The translations under genes and the position numbers were made by a program. A stretch of 63,513 bases of DNA, filler included, from Sanchytrium tribonematis (lineage: Eukaryota): NCBI GenBank assembly GCA_018985235.1. It is 30 parts of 30 records of this genome, joined end to end, with 100 filler letters (N's around TTAATTAATTAA, not from the genome) between each part and the next. Parts side by side here need not be neighbours in the genome. Positions count along the whole stretch, not along the records: positions 1 to 1,056 come from JADGIG010001435.1; positions 1,157 to 2,211 come from JADGIG010001436.1; positions 2,312 to 3,360 come from JADGIG010001437.1; positions 3,461 to 19,342 come from JADGIG010000142.1; 26 more parts are not named here. One strand, written 5' to 3'. Under the pieces are notes generated by a model that had not been told where the DNA came from, ran no database searches, and worked only from the letters and a program-made list of their open reading frames with translations. Position 1 is the first letter of the stretch. Every line of letters begins with the position of its first letter. Below are positions 1 through 10,357 of the stretch, in pieces.

Positions 1-159
1 CTTTGATGCCACTTCATCTATACTCTTGCGTATAAAATAATTAGAAGCTAAACCCTCAACAATATTTAGAATCCCTAGACCAATTATTACATTGCTTGCA
101 GAAGGCTTCCAAAGTGGTAATGACATGACTAAAGTCAAACATAGTACAATCAATTGCAT
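1..159 (-). CDS. Small secreted/membrane protein, 3'-partial (runs off window start)
   Basis: ATG at 159 reads MQLIVLCLTLVMSLPLWKPSASNVIIGLGILNIVEG..., open to base 1; hydrophobic N-terminus. Not in the ORF track. Confidence 0.5.
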   Translation of the reverse strand, partial: MQLIVLCLTLVMSLPLWKPSASNVIIGLGILNIVEGLASNYFIRKSIDEVASK

Positions 160-288
160 TTCACGGAGACAGCGGATGTTTTTACTCAGAATTGACATGG
201 GGATATTGTACGACCACATTGCAAGATGTGATTGGTGTTTCAAAACAGCGTGATACTCGACATTTTAGTAAACCTATTACTTTTTTAT

Positions 289-630
289 TTATTCAACATT
301 AAATGTGACACGTTTGTCATTTGATCCACAATAGTGAATCCCAAAACATCTGATTGTCAATGTCATGACGCATTTACCCTTCATCTCCTTTGTAATTAAA
401 ACATTCTTTTCAAATGTCTTTTTTCCATATCGAAAGAAATACATGAGATTAAACATTTGATTAAATGATCCCTTGAAGATCACATTTTCATAATTGGGAC
501 ATTTAATGGCGATGGATGCTTTTTTAGCTGTTATTGGGGATACTTTTGTTTTAATCATAATTGGAATAGTTTGTCCAATTTTATAGACCTGTTCTGGAGG
601 AGGAGAGATGATATTGGTGTTTTTAAGCAT
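289..630 (-). CDS. Hypothetical beta-rich protein, probably 5'-truncated by the adjacent repeat element
   Basis: 113-aa ORF with Cys residues and no signal peptide; its ATG lies inside the element end TAAGCATG (624-631). Confidence 0.4.
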   Translation of the reverse strand: MLKNTNIISPPPEQVYKIGQTIPIMIKTKVSPITAKKASIAIKCPNYENVIFKGSFNQMFNLMYFFRYGKKTFEKNVLITKEMKGKCVMTLTIRCFGIHYCGSNDKRVTFNVE

Positions 631-1056
631 GACGGTCTAGACTAAAAAAGTCAAAAGTCAAGTCAAGTCTGTCTCGACTTAAGGCAGACTCTTAAATTTT
701 CGACTTGACTTGACTTGACTTAGTCGCTAGCTGGAGTCAATTTAAATATACTTATAAATTGATCATATTTTACTGAAAATTCCCAGTTTTTAATTCTTAT
801 TTGTTGTATATGTATTTGATTTGTATTATGGGTTTTAATTTTAATAAGTTGAAGCTAAAAGACACCCTAGTTTCTGATTTAAAATTTTCACAAGTTCAAA
901 AATCTTGAAGTTTTTTCATTAAATTATTTAAAACAGTGGTTTTATTGTCACTCTTATTCACAACGGATAGCTTTTAGGTCATTCTGACAATGATATTGCT
1001 AAAAATAACCAATAAAAGATCAATATTAACCAATAAAAGTCGTCAAAAAATTCGAC
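624..1056. mobile_element. Probable DNA-transposon (hAT-like) terminus with inverted subterminal pentamer repeats
   Basis: AAGTC x4 (648-669) facing GACTT x4 (702-721), plus GACTT at 676-680; AT-rich noncoding sequence to contig end; other terminus not visible. Confidence 0.4.
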
Positions 1057-1156
1057 NNNNNNNNNNNNNNNNNNNNNNNNNNNNNNNNNNNNNNNNNNNN
1101 TTAATTAATTAANNNNNNNNNNNNNNNNNNNNNNNNNNNNNNNNNNNNNNNNNNNN
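1057..1156. other. Artificial contig linker N44-TTAATTAATTAA-N44 (first of 29)
   Basis: Identical 100-nt spacer with stops in all six frames; also starts at 2212, 3361, 19343, 20492, 21639, 22786, 23933, 25078, 26222, 27364, 28504, 29644, 30779, 46683, 47818, 48948, 50078, 51208, 52335, 53462, 54588, 55710, 56830, 57948, 59066, 60182, 61295, 62405. Confidence 0.99.
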
Positions 1157-1512
1157 AAAAGGCATTTAAAATTCCGAGGCCATTTCATCCAGGTCATGAT
1201 GAAAACGAACATATTGGTTATGGAATGCCAAGCTCTCATGCTGGGTTCATGGCATTTTATTCAGTGGTTTGGGGTAATTGGAAATCGGTACCACTCACTC
1301 TTATTGTCATTTATAGTAGATATCATTTAAGTTATCATCACTTAGATCAGCTGATAGCAGGTGCAATTGTAGGAACAATAATGGGGATATTTTGGAAGCA
1401 GGTTATATATTGGTTAAACTTGTTTGAATATCCTTATTTGGTTAACAGTAAGAATAGGATTTTCGATTTAGGCCAGACTTGGCGAAATGAAATAACGCGG
1501 AAAAAGATTTAA
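1157..1512 (+). CDS. PAP2-family phosphatase, dolichyl-pyrophosphate phosphatase-like (5'-partial)
   Basis: Frame open from contig edge: KAFKIPRP...YGMPSSHA...SRYHLSYHHLDQLIAG, the PAP2 motifs C1 (partial), C2 and C3. Confidence 0.85.
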
Positions 1513-1517
1513 TAAAT

Positions 1518-2211
1518 TTACTTACATTGAGATTTGTGACTTGCCCAATCTTTCTTTTGACAATCTCTCCCACAATATAATACTCTTTTACATTTTCCGC
1601 ACTTTTGAGACGCAATTTCATGACAATAATTACAAGTATTAGCACACTTTTCCATTAAATCCAAATCAAAGCTTTCACCGAGGTATTCAACATAATTATC
1701 GGCCTTGTTAGAGTCCAAATATAATTCAATGTCATCCCAATTCTTAAAGTTTTGTTTCCAAATTACCTGGAAGTATGCCGGTTCTTGCATTCTTTCATAG
1801 AGGTAGTCGATTTCGCATATTTTAATTTCTTCAACTGTTGGCTCCAGAGAAATGGTTGCAGTTCGTTTCCACAGTTTCTCAAGGCAAGGTATCTGCGCAA
1901 TAAGAAGTTTACCATCATTGCCCTCAAAGTAATCATTCAGTTGCTGCAGAACTTTCGCACGTTGCTTCGTCAAATGATTAAATTCTCCATTTAGCACCAC
2001 TAGATACAAGACAGACCAAATTTGAGGTTCCATTGGAGGTAGCAAGTTGTCAACCTTTTTAACCCATCGACCTTTCCAGATTAACCCGTTTTTCAAATGA
2101 ACTTTTTTATCCAATAGATTTTTAAACAAGTGGACTAGATCAAATTCTTTTGTTTTGGAAAAAAACCCAAAATCTTGGTTTTCAATGGATGCCTGAACTA
2201 GCTCTAGAATT
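1518..2211 (-). CDS. ZMYND10: MYND zinc-finger protein, ZMYND10-like dynein assembly factor (5'-partial)
   Basis: C-terminal MYND finger CNYC...CGKC...YCGRDCQKKDWASHKSQC; upstream EPQIWSVLY and LLIAQIPCLEKL resemble ZMYND10; frame open to contig edge. Confidence 0.65.
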
Positions 2212-2325
2212 NNNNNNNNNNNNNNNNNNNNNNNNNNNNNNNNNNNNNNNNNNNNTTAATTAATTAANNNNNNNNNNNNNNNNNNNNNNNNNNNNNNNNN
2301 NNNNNNNNNNNTAATAAATTATAAT

Positions 2326-2838
2326 TTATTCAAGGGATTGCTGCTCCATAGCTTGTTGTTGTTTCATTTGCTGCATCATCTTTTGAACTCGTTTTTGATT
2401 TTCAACTTGTTCTTTTTGTTGTTCTACAGCCACGATCTGCTGTGCTTCTGGAAAGATACTTTGTCCCCAACCAGGTTTGACCAAATCTGCTGATTCTACA
2501 GTATCCATAATCTCTTGACTTAATACTTGTTCTGCATTTTGTAATTCATTCCACAAATCATCTCCAACACTGCCATATTTCAACAAAATAGACACGGCTT
2601 GTTTATCTTCTCTAAGTTTCATCATCTTTTTGATATTTGCTACTGCTCTTTTCATCAATGCAGGTGCTATTTTACGCACTTCTGCTTCTTGTTCTACCAA
2701 ATCATTAAATATAGTCGTTTCTTCAAAAGTAAAATAGTCTGTTTTGGCTTTTCCCTTTCTATACTGTAAGAATTTGACTATTCCGACGTAGATAGCTCCC
2801 AGGAAGCCCATATAAGAAACTGCTAAAAATAATGACAT
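2326..2838 (-). CDS. SEC66: Sec66/Sec71 translocon subunit
   Basis: Likely start MSLFLAVSY (ATG 2838); N-terminal TM, ALMKRA, GSVGDDLW, PGWGQSIF motifs. Confidence 0.85.
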   Translation of the reverse strand: MSLFLAVSYMGFLGAIYVGIVKFLQYRKGKAKTDYFTFEETTIFNDLVEQEAEVRKIAPALMKRAVANIKKMMKLREDKQAVSILLKYGSVGDDLWNELQNAEQVLSQEIMDTVESADLVKPGWGQSIFPEAQQIVAVEQQKEQVENQKRVQKMMQQMKQQQAMEQQSLE

Positions 2839-2871
2839 TTTTGATGTTTCGTGCGTTCTCCTTGAAATATC

Positions 2872-3360
2872 ATGACATTTGAAGCAACTTCTGACTGTAT
2901 TTCCGCCATAGAATCCTTCCAATTGCAATTAAATCAGGTAAAAAGAGATATGCTTATAGGCACACCCGATTTAGACGGATTATTTGAGAAACAATTGCAA
3001 GTGCAACAACATTTAAACATAATTAAAGAACATCAACAAAATCATACTAAAATTAAGAAACTATACCAGCAAATATTCAAGAAATCAGAACAGAATGTCA
3101 AAGCAATAGAAGAATTACAAGAAAATTACAAATCTAGTGTCAAATTGCTCAAGGAAATTGAATATTTAAAATCTTTAAAAATGCCATATTTTGATAGTGT
3201 GGATGATTTTATAAATGAATGTCAACGCACCAGTTTATTTACATCTGGACCACCTATTAGAGACAAGTATAAATCGGGAATGCCATTTCCAACTGAAGAA
3301 ATGATGAAAATGAGTTTTCTAAATCAGTCCAAACCCATTCAAATTAATAAACTGGCAACT
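2872..3360 (+). CDS. MED4: Mediator subunit 4-like (3'-partial)
   Basis: Coiled coil followed by SLFTSGPP...PFPTEEMMK; divergent from SEC66 with only 33 nt between ATGs. Confidence 0.65.
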
Positions 3361-3460
3361 NNNNNNNNNNNNNNNNNNNNNNNNNNNNNNNNNNNNNNNN
3401 NNNNTTAATTAATTAANNNNNNNNNNNNNNNNNNNNNNNNNNNNNNNNNNNNNNNNNNNN

Positions 3461-6400
3461 TCATTTACAATTAAATATGATGGATTCACTCTTTAATATT
3501 AATGCATATGGAATATAACCATGTTGAATACAATACTCATGTGCTTGATGGATATTAGTGATGATTAAATGAATTAAATGAAACATGGGATCATTAGAAT
3601 TCAATTGATTTAAACACATGGGTTGAATGATTTGTAATAATTTAGATTGGAGTTGGTTGTGTGGAATGGATTCTGGTAATTGTTTGAAGATGGGATGATG
3701 GCAATATTGATATTGAATCTGTTGTGGATTGTGATGCATGAGAGATGGGATGGAGATTGGAATGGATTGTGGGATTGAATGGGAGTAGATGGATGCATTG
3801 GAGATGGAAATGAATAAACCAGATTTGAATGCGATTGGGATACCTTGAGGGGGACCATGTGTGGAAATGATTGGAGTCACTTGTGGTTTTACTGGTTGTT
3901 TTACTGGAGTCACTTGTGGAGTCACTTGTGGTTTTACTGGTTGAATGACTTGTGGAGTGGGTTGAATGACTGGTTGAATTTTCACTGTTTCTATTTTGGT
4001 ACCACATTCATGACAGAATTTACTAGTAGATAATAAAGAAATATGACAATTGGGACAGGATGGTTGATTTGATGGTGTGTCATTTTGTTGATTATCATCT
4101 TGGATATATTCTTGTGGTTCATATTCTTGTGGCTGATATTCTGGATGGTAGTCTGGACGAAATGTCTCATTCAGTTGATATTCTTGTGGTTTATAATCAT
4201 ATTGATAATCTTGCTGATATTCATCATACTGGATATTTTGAGAATGATCTGGATGGAATTCATTTTCAAATGATTGTTGATTGGATAAATCAGGTTGAAA
4301 TGGTTGAAATGATTCATTTTGATATTCAGTGGTATCTTGTTGTTGAAATTCATCATATGGAGTATTCTGTTGTTGGAATTCATTTAAATTGCCATCTTGT
4401 TGTTGGAATTCATCATATGGAGTATCTTGTTGGAATGCTTCAAATGTATCATCTTGTTGTTGGATATCATTAAAATTGCCATCTTGTTGATATTGCGGAT
4501 CTGATGGTTGAAAATCATTGAAATTGCCATCTTGTGGTTGAAACTCTTCAAATGTATTATCTTGTGTATCTGTTTGATGAAATGTGTCATCTTGCTGATA
4601 ATCCTGTTCAAATGTTTCAAACGTGGCATCATTTTGATCTACTTGATTAAACGTCTCAAAAGTGTCATTTTGATCTTCTTGGTGAAATGCTTCAAGTGTG
4701 TTGTCTGGTTGATATTGCGAATCAGTTGGTTGGAATGACTCAAATGTATCATCTACTTGATTGAACGTCTCATATGTGGCATCAATTTGATTAGTCTCTT
4801 GATTAAATGCTTCAAAAGTGTCTTGCTGATCCTCTGGTTGATTAAATGCTTCATAATTCTCCTGCTGAACATCTTGCTGATTGAATGCATCATAGTTCTC
4901 CTGTTGATTATCTCCTGCGTAATCTGCTTCATATTGCTGATTATCCTGTTCATTAAATGTATCATATTGCTGATTATCCTGTTCATTAAAGGCTTCATAT
5001 TGTTGATTATCCTGCTCATTAAATGCTTCATATTGCTGATTATCCTGCTCATTAAATGTTTCATATTGTTGATTATCCTGCTCATTAAATGCTTCATATT
5101 GTTGATTATCTTGCTCATTAAATGGCTCAAATGTCTCTTGTTCATAATCAGTCTGTTGATAATCATTATTTTCATCTTGTTGAAATTGTTCAAATGCTTC
5201 ATTAATGGAATCTGTAGGATGAAATGGATCATTAGAATCATTTGAGGGTTGAAATGGTTCAAATGGCTGTTCATTACTTTGAAATGGTTCAAATGGTTCA
5301 TTTTGAGGGAATGTTTGATGACTACCTTGAATGGTCTCTTCATCTTCATTCATTTCAAAGGGTTCTTCATCAAATGGCTGTACATCTTGTTGGAAGGATT
5401 GAAATGGCTCATTCATGGTGCTATAGGGATCTAATGTATTTAATTGATTATCTGTTAAAAATGTATATTCTCTACTTTTAAAGACATCTACACTGTTTAA
5501 TTTACTGGATTTGCGTTTAACGGGACTGGGTAATGGGGGTGCATCGAATATATTAGGAGATTCATGATCAGAATCATAAAATGCATCAGGGGTTTTAAAA
5601 TCAGGAGATGAGATGGGATATTTGGAAGTGTGGATTTTAGAGGGTAATGTATTGATTTTAGATTGAATTTCATCATTGATTTGACGGGTAGTTGGGGTGG
5701 GTTTGAATTGTTTAGGAGATGTGGTTGGATAAATTGGTGATTGATTAATTGGTGATTTAGGAGGTGATTTGTTAGATGTGGTTGATTTTGGAGTGGGTAA
5801 TCTTCTAGGGGGTGATTTGGTAGCTACTGGTGATTTTGGAGGTGATTGCGTGTTAATGGGTGACTTTGGGGGTGATTGCGTGTTAATGGGTGACTTTGGA
5901 GGTGATTGCTGTCTAACTGGTAATTGCGTATTAATAATGGGAGATTTAGGGGGTGATTGTTGTCTACTTGGTGGTCTTTCTTGTTTAGAAGGTGATTTCA
6001 TGTCTTTTCGAGGGGGTGAAAATCTTTCTAATTTCATCGGTGGTTGAAATTGTGGAATAGGAGAAGTAGGTGCTTCAAATACTTGATCCAATGATTGATC
6101 TAATGATTCATGCATTGGTTGTTCAAATGGCTGTGCAAATCCATGCTCATCTACTTGAAATGTATCCAAAATATTAGATGGAGATTCAAATAATTCCATT
6201 TTAGGAGATGGTTGGAATTGAATTGGCTCTGCTTGTTCTGTTTGTGGTGCTATAGGTTGAAATGGTTCAGATGACTCAAATACATTCTCATTAAATAAAT
6301 GAGATGGGGACGTGTTCACTGGAGATTTCTTTGGAGATTTCTCTTTTTCTTTTACAGGTGATTTGATTGGATCTGCTTGTTTAGGTGCATCCCACGACCA

Positions 6401-7771
6401 CTCATTATCATTAGATTGACCCCATGGATCATTAGAAGTATTCCAATCATTATTTGACCATAAATCATTATTATGAGTGGTATTCCATAAATCAGGTGAT
6501 TTTGGAGGAGATTTGGATGGAAGTGGCTGTACTGGAGAAGGTGATTTGGTGGCTTTAATTGGATGTTGCATTGGTGATGGAGATCTAGTGGGTTTGATGG
6601 GTGCTGGGGATGGAGATCTGGTTGGTTTTTGAGGTTGTTTCATTGCTTGTACGGGTGATTGTGGTCTAATTTGTGGTACTGGTGAGGGTGGTCTATATTG
6701 AGATGGTACAGGTGAATTAGATCTACTTGGAGGTTTCATTTGTTGAGACTCTATTTGATTCTGTTTGGGTGGCATCTCCTGCTTTTTAGGGAATGGTGCT
6801 TTGGCTGGCTGCACTGGTTCTACGGGTTGTTCAATTGGTGCCTCCGATTGAAATGGCTCTATCCTACTAGGTGGCTGAATGGGAGATGCAGATCTACTAG
6901 GTTGCTTCATTGGTAATTTCTCAGTTTGTTCATCAATGGTTTCAGGAATTGCCTCATTCATCATTTTAGGTGATTCTTTTTGTATTTCAGGAGACTGGAT
7001 GGATGATTTACGAGAATTGGATTGGATAGAGGATTTACGAGATTGTGCTTGGGGGACCCATGAATTATTATTAGGGATATTCCATATATCATCATCAGAT
7101 TGGTTGATTTTGTTGACATTCATTAATTTATCACTAGGTTTCACGATTGGCTTTTCAATAGTTGGTTTCTCAACAAAAACTGGCTTCTCTATTTGATTTT
7201 CAGCTGGTTTCTCAATTACTTGCTGATTAGGTGGCTTATTAGGTAATGCAGATGGTTTAATTACTTGTGGCTGTTGCGTAGGTGGCATTTTAATAGGTGG
7301 TTTCTCAATTTTAATTGGCTTTTCAACTGGTTTTTCAATTAGTTTCTCTACTTTAATAGCCGATTGATCAATAGATTTGCGTGATTTAGGCAATGGTACT
7401 ACTGGTACTACTGGCACTGTTGGCACTGTTGGTATGACTGCCTGATTCTCACTTTCATTCAATGCTTCATTACTAGATTTATTGCTATTAATTCTCTCCT
7501 TTTTTCTTCTCATCTTTTCAGCAAATGATAATTTGGATTCATCTTCTACTACTGATTTACTAGGCGTATTGATTATAGATGGATTCGCAATGGGAGGTAT
7601 AGAGGGATTAAATGGATTCACTTGATTGGATGGGATATTTGGAGTGGGTTTAATCGCTATTGGGATTGATGATTTAGGAGATTCTATTGATTTAGATGGA
7701 ATAGGGGATTTCTTTGTTAAATTGATGTCAAAATGCTGATCGAATTGGGCAATCCAGTCATCGTCAGACAT
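3461..7771 (-). CDS. Very long low-complexity P/S/Q/E-rich protein with zinc ribbon, possibly Sec16-like
   Basis: About 1436 aa from MSDDDWIAQF; SP-rich and acidic repeats; CPNC-x10-CHEC; C-terminal AHEYCIQHGYIPYALIL resembles the Sec16 helical core. Ends at contig edge. Confidence 0.5.
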   Translation of the reverse strand: MSDDDWIAQFDQHFDINLTKKSPIPSKSIESPKSSIPIAIKPTPNIPSNQVNPFNPSIPPIANPSIINTPSKSVVEDESKLSFAEKMRRKKERINSNKSSNEALNESENQAVIPTVPTVPVVPVVPLPKSRKSIDQSAIKVEKLIEKPVEKPIKIEKPPIKMPPTQQPQVIKPSALPNKPPNQQVIEKPAENQIEKPVFVEKPTIEKPIVKPSDKLMNVNKINQSDDDIWNIPNNNSWVPQAQSRKSSIQSNSRKSSIQSPEIQKESPKMMNEAIPETIDEQTEKLPMKQPSRSASPIQPPSRIEPFQSEAPIEQPVEPVQPAKAPFPKKQEMPPKQNQIESQQMKPPSRSNSPVPSQYRPPSPVPQIRPQSPVQAMKQPQKPTRSPSPAPIKPTRSPSPMQHPIKATKSPSPVQPLPSKSPPKSPDLWNTTHNNDLWSNNDWNTSNDPWGQSNDNEWSWDAPKQADPIKSPVKEKEKSPKKSPVNTSPSHLFNENVFESSEPFQPIAPQTEQAEPIQFQPSPKMELFESPSNILDTFQVDEHGFAQPFEQPMHESLDQSLDQVFEAPTSPIPQFQPPMKLERFSPPRKDMKSPSKQERPPSRQQSPPKSPIINTQLPVRQQSPPKSPINTQSPPKSPINTQSPPKSPVATKSPPRRLPTPKSTTSNKSPPKSPINQSPIYPTTSPKQFKPTPTTRQINDEIQSKINTLPSKIHTSKYPISSPDFKTPDAFYDSDHESPNIFDAPPLPSPVKRKSSKLNSVDVFKSREYTFLTDNQLNTLDPYSTMNEPFQSFQQDVQPFDEEPFEMNEDEETIQGSHQTFPQNEPFEPFQSNEQPFEPFQPSNDSNDPFHPTDSINEAFEQFQQDENNDYQQTDYEQETFEPFNEQDNQQYEAFNEQDNQQYETFNEQDNQQYEAFNEQDNQQYEAFNEQDNQQYDTFNEQDNQQYEADYAGDNQQENYDAFNQQDVQQENYEAFNQPEDQQDTFEAFNQETNQIDATYETFNQVDDTFESFQPTDSQYQPDNTLEAFHQEDQNDTFETFNQVDQNDATFETFEQDYQQDDTFHQTDTQDNTFEEFQPQDGNFNDFQPSDPQYQQDGNFNDIQQQDDTFEAFQQDTPYDEFQQQDGNLNEFQQQNTPYDEFQQQDTTEYQNESFQPFQPDLSNQQSFENEFHPDHSQNIQYDEYQQDYQYDYKPQEYQLNETFRPDYHPEYQPQEYEPQEYIQDDNQQNDTPSNQPSCPNCHISLLSTSKFCHECGTKIETVKIQPVIQPTPQVIQPVKPQVTPQVTPVKQPVKPQVTPIISTHGPPQGIPIAFKSGLFISISNASIYSHSIPQSIPISIPSLMHHNPQQIQYQYCHHPIFKQLPESIPHNQLQSKLLQIIQPMCLNQLNSNDPMFHLIHLIITNIHQAHEYCIQHGYIPYALILKSESIIFNCK
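4931..5128 (-). repeat. Coding minisatellite, 6 x 33 bp
   Basis: Encodes [E/D][P/A/T]FNEQDNQQY six times in tandem. Confidence 0.9.
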
Positions 7772-7942
7772 GTGTTTCAAAAATTATAAAATATTTATTG
7801 CAACTCGTGAAAAATCAATTGCATTTTAAAAGCCACATCATAAAAAATCGTAAAATGTGAATACAAATTGTGACCATTTGTGTTTTCAGTACAACAATTA
7901 GGGGATGTGCCACTTAAAATTCCAAAAGGGACACCAAAACCC

Positions 7943-8926
7943 ATGATTCTTTTTCTTTCTATTTTAATTGCCACCCGTCAGTGTATTGTAGGTGCTGGAC
8001 CAGCAGGTGTAATATTGTCATGGGAATTATCCAAAGCATTTCCTGATCATGAAATCACATTAATTGATGAATATTTTAATGGAGGCAATTTGTACAAAGT
8101 AAAGAATGAATTAAGTAACTCACCCTATTCAGATTACATCAGTTTGGCAAAACAATTACGATTGAATGAACATATTCGTCATTTGCCAACTTATAAAAGG
8201 TTTCTGCGTCAAAATAATGAAAAAAGTGACGCATGTCCCAAATTAGGAGAATTGGTTCGATTTATCAAAGATTTGACAAATTACATGGCTAAATCAAACA
8301 AAATTAATACATTTAAAGACCGTGTCATTTCAATTGATATTATGAATCACGAAAATCGTCAATTTAAATTGAATTTTGCAAAATCAAACAGTATATTGTG
8401 TGATTATGTCCATATGACAATTGGAGGTGTCCCAAGACCCTTTTTTGAAATGAATGGAAATCCGCAACAATTTAACATGTACCAGGCGTTAGATTTACTC
8501 AATTCTAAAAAGTCAAAACAACAATTAAAAGATAAAACAGTCTATATTGTTGGAAATGGTGACACATCAAAATGGATGCAGCAGAAATTGAATGCAATTG
8601 ATAAACCATTTAAAATTGTAAGAGGGCGCATTTACGACAACGGTGATGATTTAATCGAAAAAGTTAGTTTGGATCAATTTAGGGCCAAGATCATGAATGA
8701 AAATGACACTGTATTTTATGCACATGGACTTGAATCTGCAAGTTTGCCGCAAGTCATTGAACAAGGCAAGACGTTGGTACTTCAAAAGGGAATGATTTAT
8801 GGAATATCAGTCTATATCACAGATAATAAAATTGCTGCCTTTTATGGCATGGGCGCGATTAATCAACACACTGGAATCAGGGTAATGGGTAATAGAGCGC
8901 TGTTGTTAATCGAGCAGTTGGATTAA
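7943..8926 (+). CDS. Putatively secreted FAD/NAD(P)-binding oxidoreductase-like protein, paralog 1
   Basis: MILFLSILIA then CIVGAGPAG; second dinucleotide motif YIVGNGDT; FYAHG. Confidence 0.75.
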   Translation: MILFLSILIATRQCIVGAGPAGVILSWELSKAFPDHEITLIDEYFNGGNLYKVKNELSNSPYSDYISLAKQLRLNEHIRHLPTYKRFLRQNNEKSDACPKLGELVRFIKDLTNYMAKSNKINTFKDRVISIDIMNHENRQFKLNFAKSNSILCDYVHMTIGGVPRPFFEMNGNPQQFNMYQALDLLNSKKSKQQLKDKTVYIVGNGDTSKWMQQKLNAIDKPFKIVRGRIYDNGDDLIEKVSLDQFRAKIMNENDTVFYAHGLESASLPQVIEQGKTLVLQKGMIYGISVYITDNKIAAFYGMGAINQHTGIRVMGNRALLLIEQLD

Positions 8927-9295
8927 TTATTTTCATCGTATTCACTTCAAATTGTTTGTTCATTTAAAAAATAGACTACGGATGTAAAATTGAGAACAGG
9001 AAACTGATCTTTATCAATAAATTTAATGTTTAACATTTAGTTTTATTAGATAATCAGATTAAACGTAAGAGTGTAGTTACTACCCTGAGATACAACCACA
9101 TTTTGCTATTAATTCAGCCTATCTTGAATTAAATTATAGAATTAAACTTCGATCATTTACTATTTATGGATTGGGTGCTGTATCTGGAACAAGGACTACT
9201 GAAGATTATGAAAGGGATGCCGATCGTCTCATTCATGATATGATCCATCTTCAGTAAATAACTTGTATGACATTACAAAGGAGTACAACAGAAAC

Positions 9296-10342
9296 ATGTT
9301 GATTTTGCTGTACTCTCTATTTGCAATCAACCATTGCGTTGTAGGTGCTGGACCAGCTGGAATAACCATGACATGGCAACTATTGAAAGCATTTCCAAAT
9401 CATAATATTGTCATCATAGATCCACATTTTGATGGTGGTACTTTGAGTCATGTAAAAGAAGAATGTAGTAATTTGGGATATGAATCATATGTTAGTTATG
9501 CTAAACAAATGGGAGTGACACATTTGCCATTTTATGAATCATTTCAAGAATGTGGGGATGGATTGATAGAGCCACCAAAATTGGAATGTTTTGTCAATTT
9601 AATCAATGATATACTTGAATATATGAATCAAAATGGACTGATTACTAAAATTAAAGCACAAGTGACTCGTATTAATATGATTTACAAAAATGGACCATTT
9701 AAATTGAATTATGATGGAGAAAGTGACAATTTGAATTGTGATTACATCTTTTTGGCAATGGGAGGTAAGCCTAAAGAATTTCTTATTGAAAATGTGGTGC
9801 CACGACAATTTAACATGTATGATTCTCTCAAATTATTAAATAATGAAGTTGCCAAAAAAAAGTCGGAATTAAATGGCAAAACTGCTTATTTGGTTGGAAA
9901 TGGAGATACAGCACGTTGGATCAAAAAGAAATTAAAAATTCTTGGAATCTCATATACTTTAGTTGTAAAAGAAGATGGTGGCTATATGGATAATAGAATA
10001 GATTATAAACCAGAATTTATTATCAATGAAAATGATTTTAAATTTAAAGTTTTTAGTGAAAATGATGTTATATTTTATGCACATGGACAAGATTTAGCCA
10101 AGATACCTATAATTTACTACAAAAATCAACCTTTTAACCCAGTTATCAAAGAGCACCAGAATATGCACATGGATCGATATTTCACTGTTGGAGAATCTAA
10201 TTTTATGAAATCATATAAAATATATGAAATTGGATCCATGGCAAATGCAGTTACTGCTACAGAAATAGCAAGAACTGCTAGTGTCATTATTACCAAAATG
10301 AAGAAACAACGTATAAGATTGAGATTTAGGATAAATAAATAG
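9296..10342 (+). CDS. Putatively secreted FAD/NAD(P)-binding oxidoreductase-like protein, paralog 2
   Basis: MLILLYSLFA-INHCVVGAGPAG; YLVGNGDT; FYAHG. Confidence 0.75.
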   Translation: MLILLYSLFAINHCVVGAGPAGITMTWQLLKAFPNHNIVIIDPHFDGGTLSHVKEECSNLGYESYVSYAKQMGVTHLPFYESFQECGDGLIEPPKLECFVNLINDILEYMNQNGLITKIKAQVTRINMIYKNGPFKLNYDGESDNLNCDYIFLAMGGKPKEFLIENVVPRQFNMYDSLKLLNNEVAKKKSELNGKTAYLVGNGDTARWIKKKLKILGISYTLVVKEDGGYMDNRIDYKPEFIINENDFKFKVFSENDVIFYAHGQDLAKIPIIYYKNQPFNPVIKEHQNMHMDRYFTVGESNFMKSYKIYEIGSMANAVTATEIARTASVIITKMKKQRIRLRFRINK

Positions 10343-10357
10343 GAGTAAGGATAAAAC

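Noticed and set aside
4931..5128. 33-bp repeats as a CRISPR-like array
   Set aside because: Head-to-tail with no spacers and in frame within a protein.
3610..7196. Numerous overlapping ORFs (e.g. 4753-5349, 4757-5245, 5769-6047)
   Set aside because: Alternate-frame or antisense shadows of the low-complexity long CDS.
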